This document shows, one piece after another, positions 1 through 8,300 of a stretch of DNA of 41,792 nucleotides. The notes below the pieces were generated by a model. It ran no database searches. It was not told the origin of the DNA and was given only the letters and a program-made list of their open reading frames with translations. This stretch comes from Myxococcota bacterium. Lineage in GTDB: Bacteria > Myxococcota_A > UBA796 > GCA-2862545. Each line of letters starts with the position of its first letter. Within the stretch, counting starts at the first letter, position 1. The position numbers were made by a program, and so were the translations under genes. Where the stretch lies: NCBI GenBank assembly GCA_039208735.1, contig JBCCQY010000073.1, positions 1 to 41,792 of the forward strand, given 5' to 3'.

Positions 1-745
1 CTCCAACCTTGGCCCGTCGGAGGTTGGCCCGTCGGAGTTTGGCCAATGGGAGTTTGGCACCTCGGAGGTCAGCCTCTCTGAGGTTGGCAACTTCGAGGCG
101 GGCCCCCGAAAGGTCCGCCCCCGAAAGGTCTGCCCCCGCGAGGTGGACCCCTTTGAATTTGGCCCCAGAAAGGTTGGCCCCTTTGAGGTTGGCACTTTGG
201 AGTCTAGCCTCCGAAAGGTCGGCCCCTTCGAGGTCGGCCCCAGAAAGGTTGGCCCCAGAAAGGTTTCTCCCTTTGAGGTCGGTGCCTTTGAGGCTCACTC
301 TTCTAAGGTGGACCCCTTTGAATTTGGCCCCTTCGAGGTCGGCCCCTTCGAGGTCGGCCCCTTCGAGGTCGGCCCCTTCGAGGTCGGCCCCCGCGAGGTG
401 GACCCCTTTGAGGTCAGCCTTTCGGAGGTTGACTCCTCTGAGGGTGGCTCTCTTGAGATTGGCCCCCTTGAGATTGGCCCCTTCGAGGTCGGCCTCTTCG
501 AGGTCGGCCCCTTCGAGGTTGGCTCCTTTGAGATTGACGCGCTTAAGGAAGGCGTTTTGGAGGTCTGCCTTGGCGAGGGGCGCATCCGTGAGGTCAGCGA
601 GCGCGAAGCTCCACACGTACTTCTTACCTGCGAACGATACTCCAGCTGTGACGTACGCCATCAGCAGTTGCCCTTTCTCCTCCGGCGTCATTCCCGGATG
701 AGGCACGGCGAGGTCGGGGTCGGGAGGGGTCTCGTCTTCCGCCAT
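1..745 (-). CDS. Pentapeptide repeat protein, 3' end outside the window
   Basis: Absent from the ORF track because it has no stop in the window. Manual translation: MAEDETPPDPDLAVPHPGMTPEEKGQLLMAY...ADLTDAPLAKADLQNAFLKRVNLKGANLEGADLEEADLEG...ANLREADLRGAKL, about 40 A(D/N)Lxx repeats. AGGAG RBS at 751-755; alternative ATG at 748. Confidence 0.9.
   Translation of the reverse strand, partial: MAEDETPPDPDLAVPHPGMTPEEKGQLLMAYVTAGVSFAGKKYVWSFALADLTDAPLAKADLQNAFLKRVNLKGANLEGADLEEADLEGANLKGANLKRATLRGVNLRKADLKGVHLAGADLEGADLEGADLEGADLEGAKFKGVHLRRVSLKGTDLKGRNLSGANLSGADLEGADLSEARLQSANLKGANLSGAKFKGVHLAGADLSGADLSGARLEVANLREADLRGAKLPLAKLRRANLRRAKVG
326..385. repeat. Four exact tandem copies of 15-bp GGCCCCTTCGAGGTC (coding repeat, EGADL on the minus strand)
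   Basis: Read directly; further exact copies at 221-235 and 476-490. Confidence 0.9.
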
Positions 746-958
746 CATCACTCCTGTTGCCCAGCACACGACGCTCTAAGACGATTATTGCATGGGTTGC
801 CGAATTGGCAGCCGACCTTGACAGGTCCTTCTGATGCCCAAGAGCCCACCGCATGGGATCCGAATCCTCGAGGTCATCGTCCTGGTTGCAGCTCGAGAAA
901 CATGTACAGCCAGTGGTGGTGAGGCTCGTGGCCAACTCCAAGACACATCGACGGAGGG

Positions 959-1507
959 ATGATGCCCCTCGCAAACCTTCAGAAGAAGCTGACTGTACCG
1001 GATGAATACATCACGGAGCGCGACGTTAAGCAGATGATTGGTAAGCTCGATCTGTCGAACGACGAGGACCGCAAAGTCGCACGGGACTGGTTTCTAGATC
1101 GGGGCAAAGCCGCTAATGCGAAGCTCGTTGGTCGGCACCAAAGCTTGTCCTTTCACTTCGGGGATTACCTGTTTCGCATCAAGGCTCATCTAACGCGGCC
1201 GCAGGAGGACGCCCTACTGGGCACTCTGCTCGGTGAGCGGCCCTGGACGAGCTTGCCAAAACACCTTCGAGAATTTGTGGTGCGGCTACTCCAGGCGCAG
1301 GGTCACCACGCCGCGGTGGCCGGGGCGACGAACCCGCAGACAGGCCGTAAGATCCAAGCCCTTACGGTCGACGGGCGACCTGTCACGCCGAGGCGCGCCA
1401 AGGTCCCTTGGCTGCCTGGAGACGCCGACATCGCCAAGTGGAAGCGCCAACAGCGAGAGAAGCTCGCCGAAGGCATGCCGGCGCGGCGCCCATTGGTGGA
1501 GGTCTGA
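959..1507 (+). CDS. Hypothetical phage protein, 182 aa
   Basis: GGAGG RBS, protein-like composition, stop overlaps the next start (TGATG). Confidence 0.75.
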   Translation: MMPLANLQKKLTVPDEYITERDVKQMIGKLDLSNDEDRKVARDWFLDRGKAANAKLVGRHQSLSFHFGDYLFRIKAHLTRPQEDALLGTLLGERPWTSLPKHLREFVVRLLQAQGHHAAVAGATNPQTGRKIQALTVDGRPVTPRRAKVPWLPGDADIAKWKRQQREKLAEGMPARRPLVEV

Positions 1508-1794
1508 TGGGTAACCTGCGCATCCGGGCGTTCTTCGCCTGGTACGATATGTGGGTGGGCGCATACATCGACCGCGTCAATCGTCGCATCTATGTCTGCC
1601 CGCTGCCGTGCTGCGTTTTCGTATTCGAGCGCCGCTCCGTGTTGGATCAACTCCCGCTTGTCCACGGTCGGTGCGAGTTTGCGCCGTCCTACACGGCCTG
1701 CGGCAGGCCAAGAGGTCGATGCGAGGTCGCCGTCGAGCGTCGCCTCGTGACGTGCCCCGCCTGTTTGGAAGAGATTCCGATGGTGGAGGCATGA
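1507..1794 (+). CDS. Hypothetical phage protein, Cys-rich C-terminus (MGNLRIRAFFAWYDMWVGAYID...TACG...VTCPAC)
   Basis: ATG at 1507 overlaps the upstream TGA and its own stop overlaps the next ATG. Confidence 0.7.
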   Translation: MGNLRIRAFFAWYDMWVGAYIDRVNRRIYVCPLPCCVFVFERRSVLDQLPLVHGRCEFAPSYTACGRPRGRCEVAVERRLVTCPACLEEIPMVEA

Positions 1795-2123
1795 TGGAAA
1801 ATCCCCTGTTCGCGATTCCGGAATCGAAAGCACCGTTGTGCGAGCGCTGCGGGCTCCATCCATCGGAGGAGCACGGACGACCCGGCCCGCCGTCCTACCG
1901 CCCCGATGCGGAAGGCGGCCTTCTGAGCACGTGGCAGACCGCGTGCCTCTGCACGAAGTGCTGGGACCGCCTGTGGTCGGCCTACGAGAGGCGGCAGCAC
2001 GACCCCAAGGTGCGTGACCGACTTGAGCGGTTGCGGGCTTGGAGGGTCGGGGAACTCATCGGGTTCCGGGAACCGCGCAAGCAACTGGCGCTTCCGGGCG
2101 CCGACACACAGATGGAGGGATGA
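1791..2123 (+). CDS. Hypothetical phage protein with two CxxC pairs (CERC, CTKC), possible Zn finger
   Basis: GGAGG RBS, ATGA overlaps at both ends. Confidence 0.7.
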   Translation: MMENPLFAIPESKAPLCERCGLHPSEEHGRPGPPSYRPDAEGGLLSTWQTACLCTKCWDRLWSAYERRQHDPKVRDRLERLRAWRVGELIGFREPRKQLALPGADTQMEG

Positions 2124-2350
2124 TGAGAAGGAGGTTGGAAGTTCGACCAAACCCCCGGCCAGACATGATTGAGGTCCGCGCCTGTCGCGGCGGCTCTGTA
2201 GGTATCACTCTGCTTAACTACATCGGTCGAAACCTCGAATACTTGACGCCGACCCAGGCTCGTGACTTGGCTGCGCTTCTCATCAACGCAGCCAAAGAAG
2301 CCGAAGAAGCTGCCAAAACCACCTGCGCCCCAGGCGTGACGGAGGGGTGA
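2120..2350 (+). CDS. Hypothetical phage protein, 76 aa
   Basis: GGAGG RBS and ATGA coupling; MMRRRLEVRPNPRPD...LTPTQARDLAALLINAA. Confidence 0.7.
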   Translation: MMRRRLEVRPNPRPDMIEVRACRGGSVGITLLNYIGRNLEYLTPTQARDLAALLINAAKEAEEAAKTTCAPGVTEG

Positions 2351-2628
2351 TGCACTTTGCCGCCTTCGCCCACGAGCCTCGGCACTCCGACTACACCGGC
2401 GAGCCGACTGCGACCTGGACGGTGCGGGGAGGCCCCGCAATCGGGGAAACCTTCGTGGTCGACGAACAGATGCGGTGGATCTACCGCGTGGTTGGCCGAG
2501 AGCATGCCGTCCAAACGCGCAACCCCGGCGATCAGCTTGAGGAAGCGCTCCAGGCCGTGTGGGAGGCAGGGTACCTCGCTGCGGTCGCAGACCCGGCCAA
2601 CGGTGGGCCGCCCGATGCGTCCGACTGA
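2347..2628 (+). CDS. Hypothetical phage protein
   Basis: GGAGG RBS and GTGATG coupling with the upstream stop; start is 2347 or 2350. Confidence 0.65.
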   Translation: MMHFAAFAHEPRHSDYTGEPTATWTVRGGPAIGETFVVDEQMRWIYRVVGREHAVQTRNPGDQLEEALQAVWEAGYLAAVADPANGGPPDASD

Positions 2629-2720
2629 TGGACCAGCTGGCCCTCGCAGCGCTGCTCCTGTTGCTCGTCGGGGCGTGGGTCTGGGCGCTGCTCACACACA
2701 AACCCGACCGAGGTGAATGA
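2628..2720 (+). CDS. 30-aa single-transmembrane miniprotein (MDQLALAALLLLLVGAWVWALLTHKPDRGE)
   Basis: Manual translation, below the ORF track cutoff. Fills the gap exactly, with TGATG overlap at the 5' end and ATGA overlap at the 3' end. Confidence 0.7.
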   Translation: MDQLALAALLLLLVGAWVWALLTHKPDRGE

Positions 2721-2932
2721 TGGTAGCAAAGCCCGAAATTGATCGCGCATCCCCACCCATGTGGCTCCCCGTCGAGCGGGTTTGGGTCGGTGGCGTCGAG
2801 GTGCAGGGCATCCGGTTCCGCGATGGGGCGGAGACCGAGACGACGTGGGTGGTTTGGGAGGACGGATGGGGGCGGTCGCTCCTGCGGGACGTAGACGTCG
2901 AACAGTTTGAGGGGCGCAATGAAGAGCGATGA
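2717..2932 (+). CDS. Hypothetical phage protein, 71 aa
   Basis: GAGGTG RBS, ATGA coupling, overlaps the next gene. Confidence 0.65.
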   Translation: MMVAKPEIDRASPPMWLPVERVWVGGVEVQGIRFRDGAETETTWVVWEDGWGRSLLRDVDVEQFEGRNEER

Positions 2933-3329
2933 GCAACCGCTCACGCATCGTGAGGTGCGTGAGCTGATGAAGATCAAGGCGGACGCACTACGGGCGCTCA
3001 TGGCTGACACGCCAGAGGGCGCGCGTCGGCCTTGGCGGAACATCGGATCCCCTCGTCGGCCACGATATCGCTGGTTTGGCGGGGTAAAGGCGATCGTAGG
3101 CTGGCTGGATGAGGTGCAGGAATGGCGAGCTACACGAAGCGAGGCGAAGGCTGGTCGATCCGCTGGCGGGACCCCGACGGGACGAGCCGGCGTAGGCAAG
3201 TCCCGGACGCCCGGACGCGCGACACGCTCCTCCGCGAAATCGACGCGGCGCACGCCCTCGGACGGCGATGGGAGCCCGCAGCGGTCGGAGTCGACCACAG
3301 CATGGCTGCTGCGGCAGTCGGATACCTAA
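2919..3329 (+). CDS. Putative excisionase-like HTH protein
   Basis: Basic N-terminal domain (PLTHREVRELMKIKADALRALM...RRPRYRW) immediately upstream of and overlapping the integrase, the usual xis position. Confidence 0.55.
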   Translation: MKSDEQPLTHREVRELMKIKADALRALMADTPEGARRPWRNIGSPRRPRYRWFGGVKAIVGWLDEVQEWRATRSEAKAGRSAGGTPTGRAGVGKSRTPGRATRSSAKSTRRTPSDGDGSPQRSESTTAWLLRQSDT

Positions 3330-4222
3330 GGGCTGTCCGACGCCGACTCAGGCCTCGCACCGTCGAGTCCCAGGCGCGTACCATCGCAGACTTCCTCGAC
3401 TGGGTGGGCGCCCGGATCCGACGGCAGCACGTCGGGGTCGATGTCCTGTCGCGCAAGCTTATGCTCGCCCACTACGACGACATGGTGGACCGAGGGCTAG
3501 CCTTGTCCACGGCAAAGGTGAGGATTTCGCACCTGCGCCAGTTTTGGGCCTGGTGCCACGACGATGAGGACTTCGGTGAGCATACGCCGCGCCCGCGAAA
3601 GATCGACGTAGCCTCCCCCACGCCACGCGAGACGATTGCGCCGACATGGGAGCAGATGGACGCCATGATCATGGCGCTTTCTCTCGTGCACTACCAGCGC
3701 CTTGCCACGGTCTTACGGTGTACGGGGCTGCGCAAGGTACAGGCCATGGGCCTGCGGTGGTCGGACATCGACCTCGATCGGGGCACGCTCTATGTTCGCC
3801 CCGAGCTTGGCAAGACCCGCCAGGAGCGATCCGGACGCGTCGTCCCATTGCCCCCGGTCTTGCTCGACGAGATCGCCTCGTGGGGGCAGCGCCGCGGATG
3901 GCTCATCGATTGGCCCACGGAGGCGCGAAAGCCGCATAGCGGTACCATCGAGCATGCGTGGCGGCTGGCGGGCGTCGATGAGCGGGTGTGGAGGCAGCGA
4001 ACCGTCCACTGCCTGCGCAAGGGCCATGCGTCGGGTCTCCGCGAGCTTGGCGCCAACCACTTCGCCGTCGAGTATCTGCAGGGTCGGACCATGGGTGTCG
4101 CTGGGACATACACGGATCCTCGCGCGCTGCCGCTTGCGGAGGCCGTGGCTCTCGTTCCCCCGATCGGGGGGGATCGCGAAGCTGCGGATCGGATCCCGAT
4201 CCTGCGTTCGGTTGAGGCATGA
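3122..4222 (+). CDS. Tyrosine recombinase/integrase
   Basis: Arm-binding-like N-terminus (GWSIRWRDPDG), TGLR...LRWSDID (catalytic R), GKTR (K), HCLR (HxxR), terminal GTY (Y). Confidence 0.92.
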   Translation: MASYTKRGEGWSIRWRDPDGTSRRRQVPDARTRDTLLREIDAAHALGRRWEPAAVGVDHSMAAAAVGYLRAVRRRLRPRTVESQARTIADFLDWVGARIRRQHVGVDVLSRKLMLAHYDDMVDRGLALSTAKVRISHLRQFWAWCHDDEDFGEHTPRPRKIDVASPTPRETIAPTWEQMDAMIMALSLVHYQRLATVLRCTGLRKVQAMGLRWSDIDLDRGTLYVRPELGKTRQERSGRVVPLPPVLLDEIASWGQRRGWLIDWPTEARKPHSGTIEHAWRLAGVDERVWRQRTVHCLRKGHASGLRELGANHFAVEYLQGRTMGVAGTYTDPRALPLAEAVALVPPIGGDREAADRIPILRSVEA

Positions 4223-4234
4223 AGAGGTGTTCAG

Positions 4235-4265
4235 CGATGTGTCCCGATGTGTCCGTGGTGTGTCC
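4235..4265. repeat. Three tandem direct repeats (CGATGTGTCC, CGATGTGTCC, GTGGTGTGTCC), putative integrase arm-type sites
   Basis: Read directly, 12 bp after the integrase stop, 10-11 bp period. Function is inferred. Confidence 0.55.
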
Positions 4266-4320
4266 GAGCCTCGCTTGGCTCCTCTCTCGACGATGACGAA
4301 ATCAGTGCAATCACATCGAG

Positions 4321-4346
4321 CCGAGCCGTATCCGGTTACGGCCCGG
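4321..4346. other. Inverted repeat CCGAGCCGTA-tccggt-TACGGCCCGG, candidate att core site or hairpin
   Basis: 10-bp arms with one mismatch and a 6-bp spacer, between the integrase and nudC. Confidence 0.4.
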
Positions 4347-4358
4347 CGCGGAGGCCGC

Positions 4359-5255
4359 ATGCGCGTACGACCCATACCCTTCACGGGCTATCCCTTGGAC
4401 CGCGCGGACGAGGTCCGGAAGCGACCCGAGGATTTGGAGGCAGCCTGGAAGAACCCTGAAGCTAGGGTCCTGGGCATGTGGCGAGGCAAGCCCTTGGTCA
4501 CCGCTGAACCGTTGGGCGTCAACCTCGATTCGGCCGACCTGCCAGGCGAGCCGTTCGTACGGTTGTTTCTTGGCTTCGACGAATCGAACGTCCCATGGTT
4601 TGCCGTCAGCTTCGATCCGGCAAAGGACGCTCTTGAGGTGTCGGATGGGACCTTTGGTGACCTCCGACCTCTCGCGGGACGACTGCCGCTCGACCAGGCA
4701 GCCCTGTTTGGAACGGCCCGTTCGGTGTTTGCTTGGCATCGAACGCATCGTTTCTGTGCCAATTGTGGGTCGGCGTCCGAGGCGGTCGAGGGCGGCTGGA
4801 AGCGACAGTGTCCATCCTGCGGAAAGGAACATTTTCCCAGAGTGGAGCCGGTCATTATCGCGCTGGTGACCCACGGGGATGCAGTACTGTTGGGTCGCGG
4901 TCCCAAGTGGCCTGAACGATTCTTCAGCTGTCTCGCTGGGTTTGTGGAGCCCGGCGAGACGATCGGTGATGCGACACGGCGCGAGGTTTTCGAAGAGGCT
5001 GGGGTCACCGTCGATGATGTGAGCTACCTGTTTGGGCAGCCGTGGCCGTTTCCCGCTTCCTTGATGTTGGGGGTCCAAGCCGAGGCGCGAGACCGCGCCG
5101 TACGGGTCGATGGTGTGGAGCTGGCCGAGGCTCGTTGGTTCACCCGTGAAGAGGTGCAGGCGATGCTGGCGGGAACCCATCCCGACGTCAGGCCTCCGTT
5201 CCCCATCGCGGTGGCTCACCATCTTCTGAGGCATTGGGTGACTTCGCCCAAATAG
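4359..5255 (+). CDS. nudC: NADH pyrophosphatase (Nudix, NudC)
   Basis: Zn ribbon FCANCG...CPSCG, Nudix box GFVEPGETIGDATRREVFEEAGV, QPWPFPASLM signature; GGAGG RBS before ATG 4359. Confidence 0.93.
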   Translation: MRVRPIPFTGYPLDRADEVRKRPEDLEAAWKNPEARVLGMWRGKPLVTAEPLGVNLDSADLPGEPFVRLFLGFDESNVPWFAVSFDPAKDALEVSDGTFGDLRPLAGRLPLDQAALFGTARSVFAWHRTHRFCANCGSASEAVEGGWKRQCPSCGKEHFPRVEPVIIALVTHGDAVLLGRGPKWPERFFSCLAGFVEPGETIGDATRREVFEEAGVTVDDVSYLFGQPWPFPASLMLGVQAEARDRAVRVDGVELAEARWFTREEVQAMLAGTHPDVRPPFPIAVAHHLLRHWVTSPK

Positions 5256-5346
5256 GCGTCCTGGAAGTGAGGGGTGAAAGTCTGTTCAGCGACTTCGCCG
5301 CTCTGGCTTCCGGGCCGCTCGGTCGAAGGGCGGATAGCGCACGGGC

Positions 5347-8300
5347 ATGCGTGACGACCTGATTGCAATCGTGGGCGTCGGGGTTCGATTGCCCGGCGGC
5401 GCCACAGACCGAACCAGCACCTGGCAACGTTTCCGGGAAGGCACCGACGCCATTGGGCCTGTCCCGCCCGGTCGATGGGCGCTCGAAGCGCGGACCACGT
5501 CGCGAGGCGTCGCCGTCCCCACCGACGGGGGCTTCCTGTCGGGCATCGATGCGTTCGAGCCAGAGGTCTTTGGCATTTCGCCTCGCGAGGCCACTGCGAT
5601 GGACCCGCAGCAGCGACTCTTGCTCGAGGTCGCCTGGGAGGCCTTCGAAGACGCGGGCCAGTCCCCGCTGGGCCAAGCACGTTCGCGAACCGGTGTCTAC
5701 GTCGGCATGGGATTGGTTGATTGGTCAAGGCGAACCTTTGGGTCCGGCGACACCCAACGCCTTGACGCCCACTCGGGCACGGGCGCGTTTGCCAGCGTCG
5801 CGGCGGGGCGCGTCAGCTATGTGCTCGGCCTCAATGGCCCGGCTCTGGCGGTCCAGACGGCGTGTAGTTCGACGCTGGTAGCGATTCACCTTGCGGTTCG
5901 AGCGTTGCGGGAGGGGTCGTGCGACCAGGCCCTGGCTGGTGGCGTCAACCTGCTGCTCTCGCCAGACCCTACGACCTACTTTGCCGAACTGGGAGCGCTG
6001 TCACCCACCGGGCGCTGTCGCACGTTCGACCACGAGGCCGATGGCTACGTGCGTAGCGAAGGGGCCGGGCTGTTCCTTTTGAAGCCTCTGTCGCGTGCGC
6101 AGGCTGACGGTGACCGCATCCTCGCCGTCATTCATGGGTCTGCGATCAACCACGACGGTCGTAGCAACGGCCTCACAGCGCCGAGCGGGCGAGCGCAACA
6201 GGCCGTCATCCAAGCGGCGCTTGCCGATGCAGAATGCGCGCCCGACGAGGTCGTCTGGATCGAGGCTCACGGCACGGGCACTCCGCTGGGTGACCCGATC
6301 GAGATGGCCGCGTTGCAAGCAGTCTTTCACTCCCGAAAACGGCCGCTCTACGTCTCGTCAGCCAAGACGATCATGGGCCATGGTGAAGCCGCGGCGGGTG
6401 TTGCTTCGTTGCTCCGCACCATGGGGGTGCTGAAGCACCGGGTCACCGCTCCACACCTGCATTTTACGCGTCTCAATCCGCGCATTCAGGAGGTGGAAGG
6501 GTTCGTGGTGCCCACGGCCGCTAACCCCTGGACCGACGGCGGTCTGGCGGGCATTAGCGGCTTTGGCCTGTCGGGTACGAATGCTCACCTCATCGTCGGA
6601 CCTCCTCCCGAGCGTGCCTGGAAGGGGGCAACGGGAGCCACGTTGCTCGCCGTTGGTGCGCAGTCCGAACCTGCCTTGCGAGCCCGATGGACTCAGCTGC
6701 GGGGTCTCGTTCAGCGAGGGGATGCTGAACTCGCGAGAGTGGGTCGGGCGGCCACGCTCGCCCAGTCAGCCCACCGCGTTCGCGTTGCCATGGTGGTGGA
6801 CGATGCGGAGTCGCTGCCCGAGACCGTGCAAGGGGTCAAACCCGAGGCCGACCCACCCCTTGTGTTCGCCTACACCGGCCAGGGAAGCCAAAACCCTGGC
6901 ATGGGGCGGGCGCTTTACGAGGGGTTCGCGGTTTACCGTGAGGCGCTCGATGCGGTCGAGGCCATCCACCAGGAGTGTACCGGCGAATCGTTGATCGAGG
7001 TCATTCATGGCGACGATGCAGATCGTCTCCGCGACACGAAGTACACCCAGCCCGCCATCGTGGCCGTGGGCTACGCGCTGACCCAGTGGTGGGCATCGCT
7101 CGGGGTTGTGCCCGACGCGGTCCTTGGCCACAGCGTAGGGGAAATCACGGCCGCCTTGACGGCTGGCGTCTTCTCGCTCGAAGACGCCATGGGCTTCGCG
7201 ATTGCGCGGGGGCGCGCCATGTCTGCGTTGCCCGAAGGCGGCGCCATGGTGGCCATTCGGGCCGATGCGGCTCGCGTCGAAGACGTCATCGAGGGGCTTG
7301 GGCATCCCGCCGATCTTGGCATTGCGGCGTTCAATAGTTCAGAAGAGACGGTCGTATCGGGTCGAGAGTCCGACATCGACACGTTGGTGGCCCGTCTTGA
7401 CGCTGACGACATCGAAGCCCGCAAGCTTCTGGTGTCGCATGCGTTCCACTCGCCGCTCATGCAGCCCGTGATTGAGGAACTGAAGGCCTACCTCGAAGGA
7501 CTCACCCTCCATCCGCCCCGACTGGACTTCTTCAGTGCGTTGGCGCGAGCAGAGCGTGAAGGCGAGGCCGAGTGGAGCCTTGCTTCGACGGAACACTGGA
7601 CGCGGCACATCCTTGAGCCGGTGCACTTCGCCGACGCGGTTCGAGCGGCGGCAGAGGCCGACTACGATGTGTTCGTTGAGGTGGGTCCCAAACGGGTCCT
7701 CGCGATTCACGGCGGTCGCGTGGTTCCTGGCGCGACCTGGCTTGGCGCGCTGCACCCCCATCAGCCCGATCGCGTACGGGTGCTCGACACGGTGGCGGCC
7801 CTGCTTCGACAGGGGGTGCACGCCGACCTACGACAGCTCTATACCGACGTCGAACCCGCCGACCTGCCGCCCTATCCGTTCCAGCGACAGTCGTTTTGGT
7901 TGCCGGAATTGGCCGGGCATGCTCGCGAAGGGGCGGCGGTACCGCGCTACCGCTACGCATGGGAACGGTCTACGCCCAATCCCGTGCCGGCGCTCGATGC
8001 TGAGCGCTGGATTGTGGTCGGTAACCCCGAAGGCATCGGGGCCATGCTTCAGCGGCAGCTCGACGACATCGGCCATTCCGCATCCTGCACGCCGGCATTG
8101 CCCGATGAGGCCGGTCCGTTCCAGGTGCTGGCGTTCGTAACCGAGCCTTTGCCGGAATCTGAGGGACTGAACCAACGGATTGCGAGCCAAACCACCGCAA
8201 TGAGGTTGGTGTTGACCGCCGTGCGAGGGTTCCTCGCCGACGCTCGGGTGGCCCGGCTCTGGGTGGTGCGCAGAGGCAAGGCCAACGATCTGTTTGCGGC

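Larger units (their letters stand above)
1..4346. mobile_element. Right arm of a prophage or integrative element; left end lies outside the window
   Basis: Short coupled hypothetical genes lead to a xis-like gene and a tyrosine integrase, followed by tandem and inverted repeats, then housekeeping nudC. Right boundary is approximate. Confidence 0.75.

Noticed and set aside
221..520. 15-bp repeats as a CRISPR array
   Set aside because: Head-to-tail with no spacers, in-frame coding repeats, and no cas genes seen.
9..922. Plus-strand repetitive ORFs 9..701 and 143..922 (and minus 295..585)
   Set aside because: Shadow frames of the minus-strand pentapeptide gene, which has an RBS and the canonical A(D/N)Lxx pattern.
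1982..3298. 438-aa minus-strand ORF
   Set aside because: Arg/Pro-rich, antisense to the coupled plus-strand operon; typical high-GC shadow ORF.
3702..4358. N-terminal extension of the 517-aa ORF (apparent fusion to NudC)
   Set aside because: Overlaps the integrase in another frame and crosses the att-like region; NudC similarity and an RBS start at 4359.
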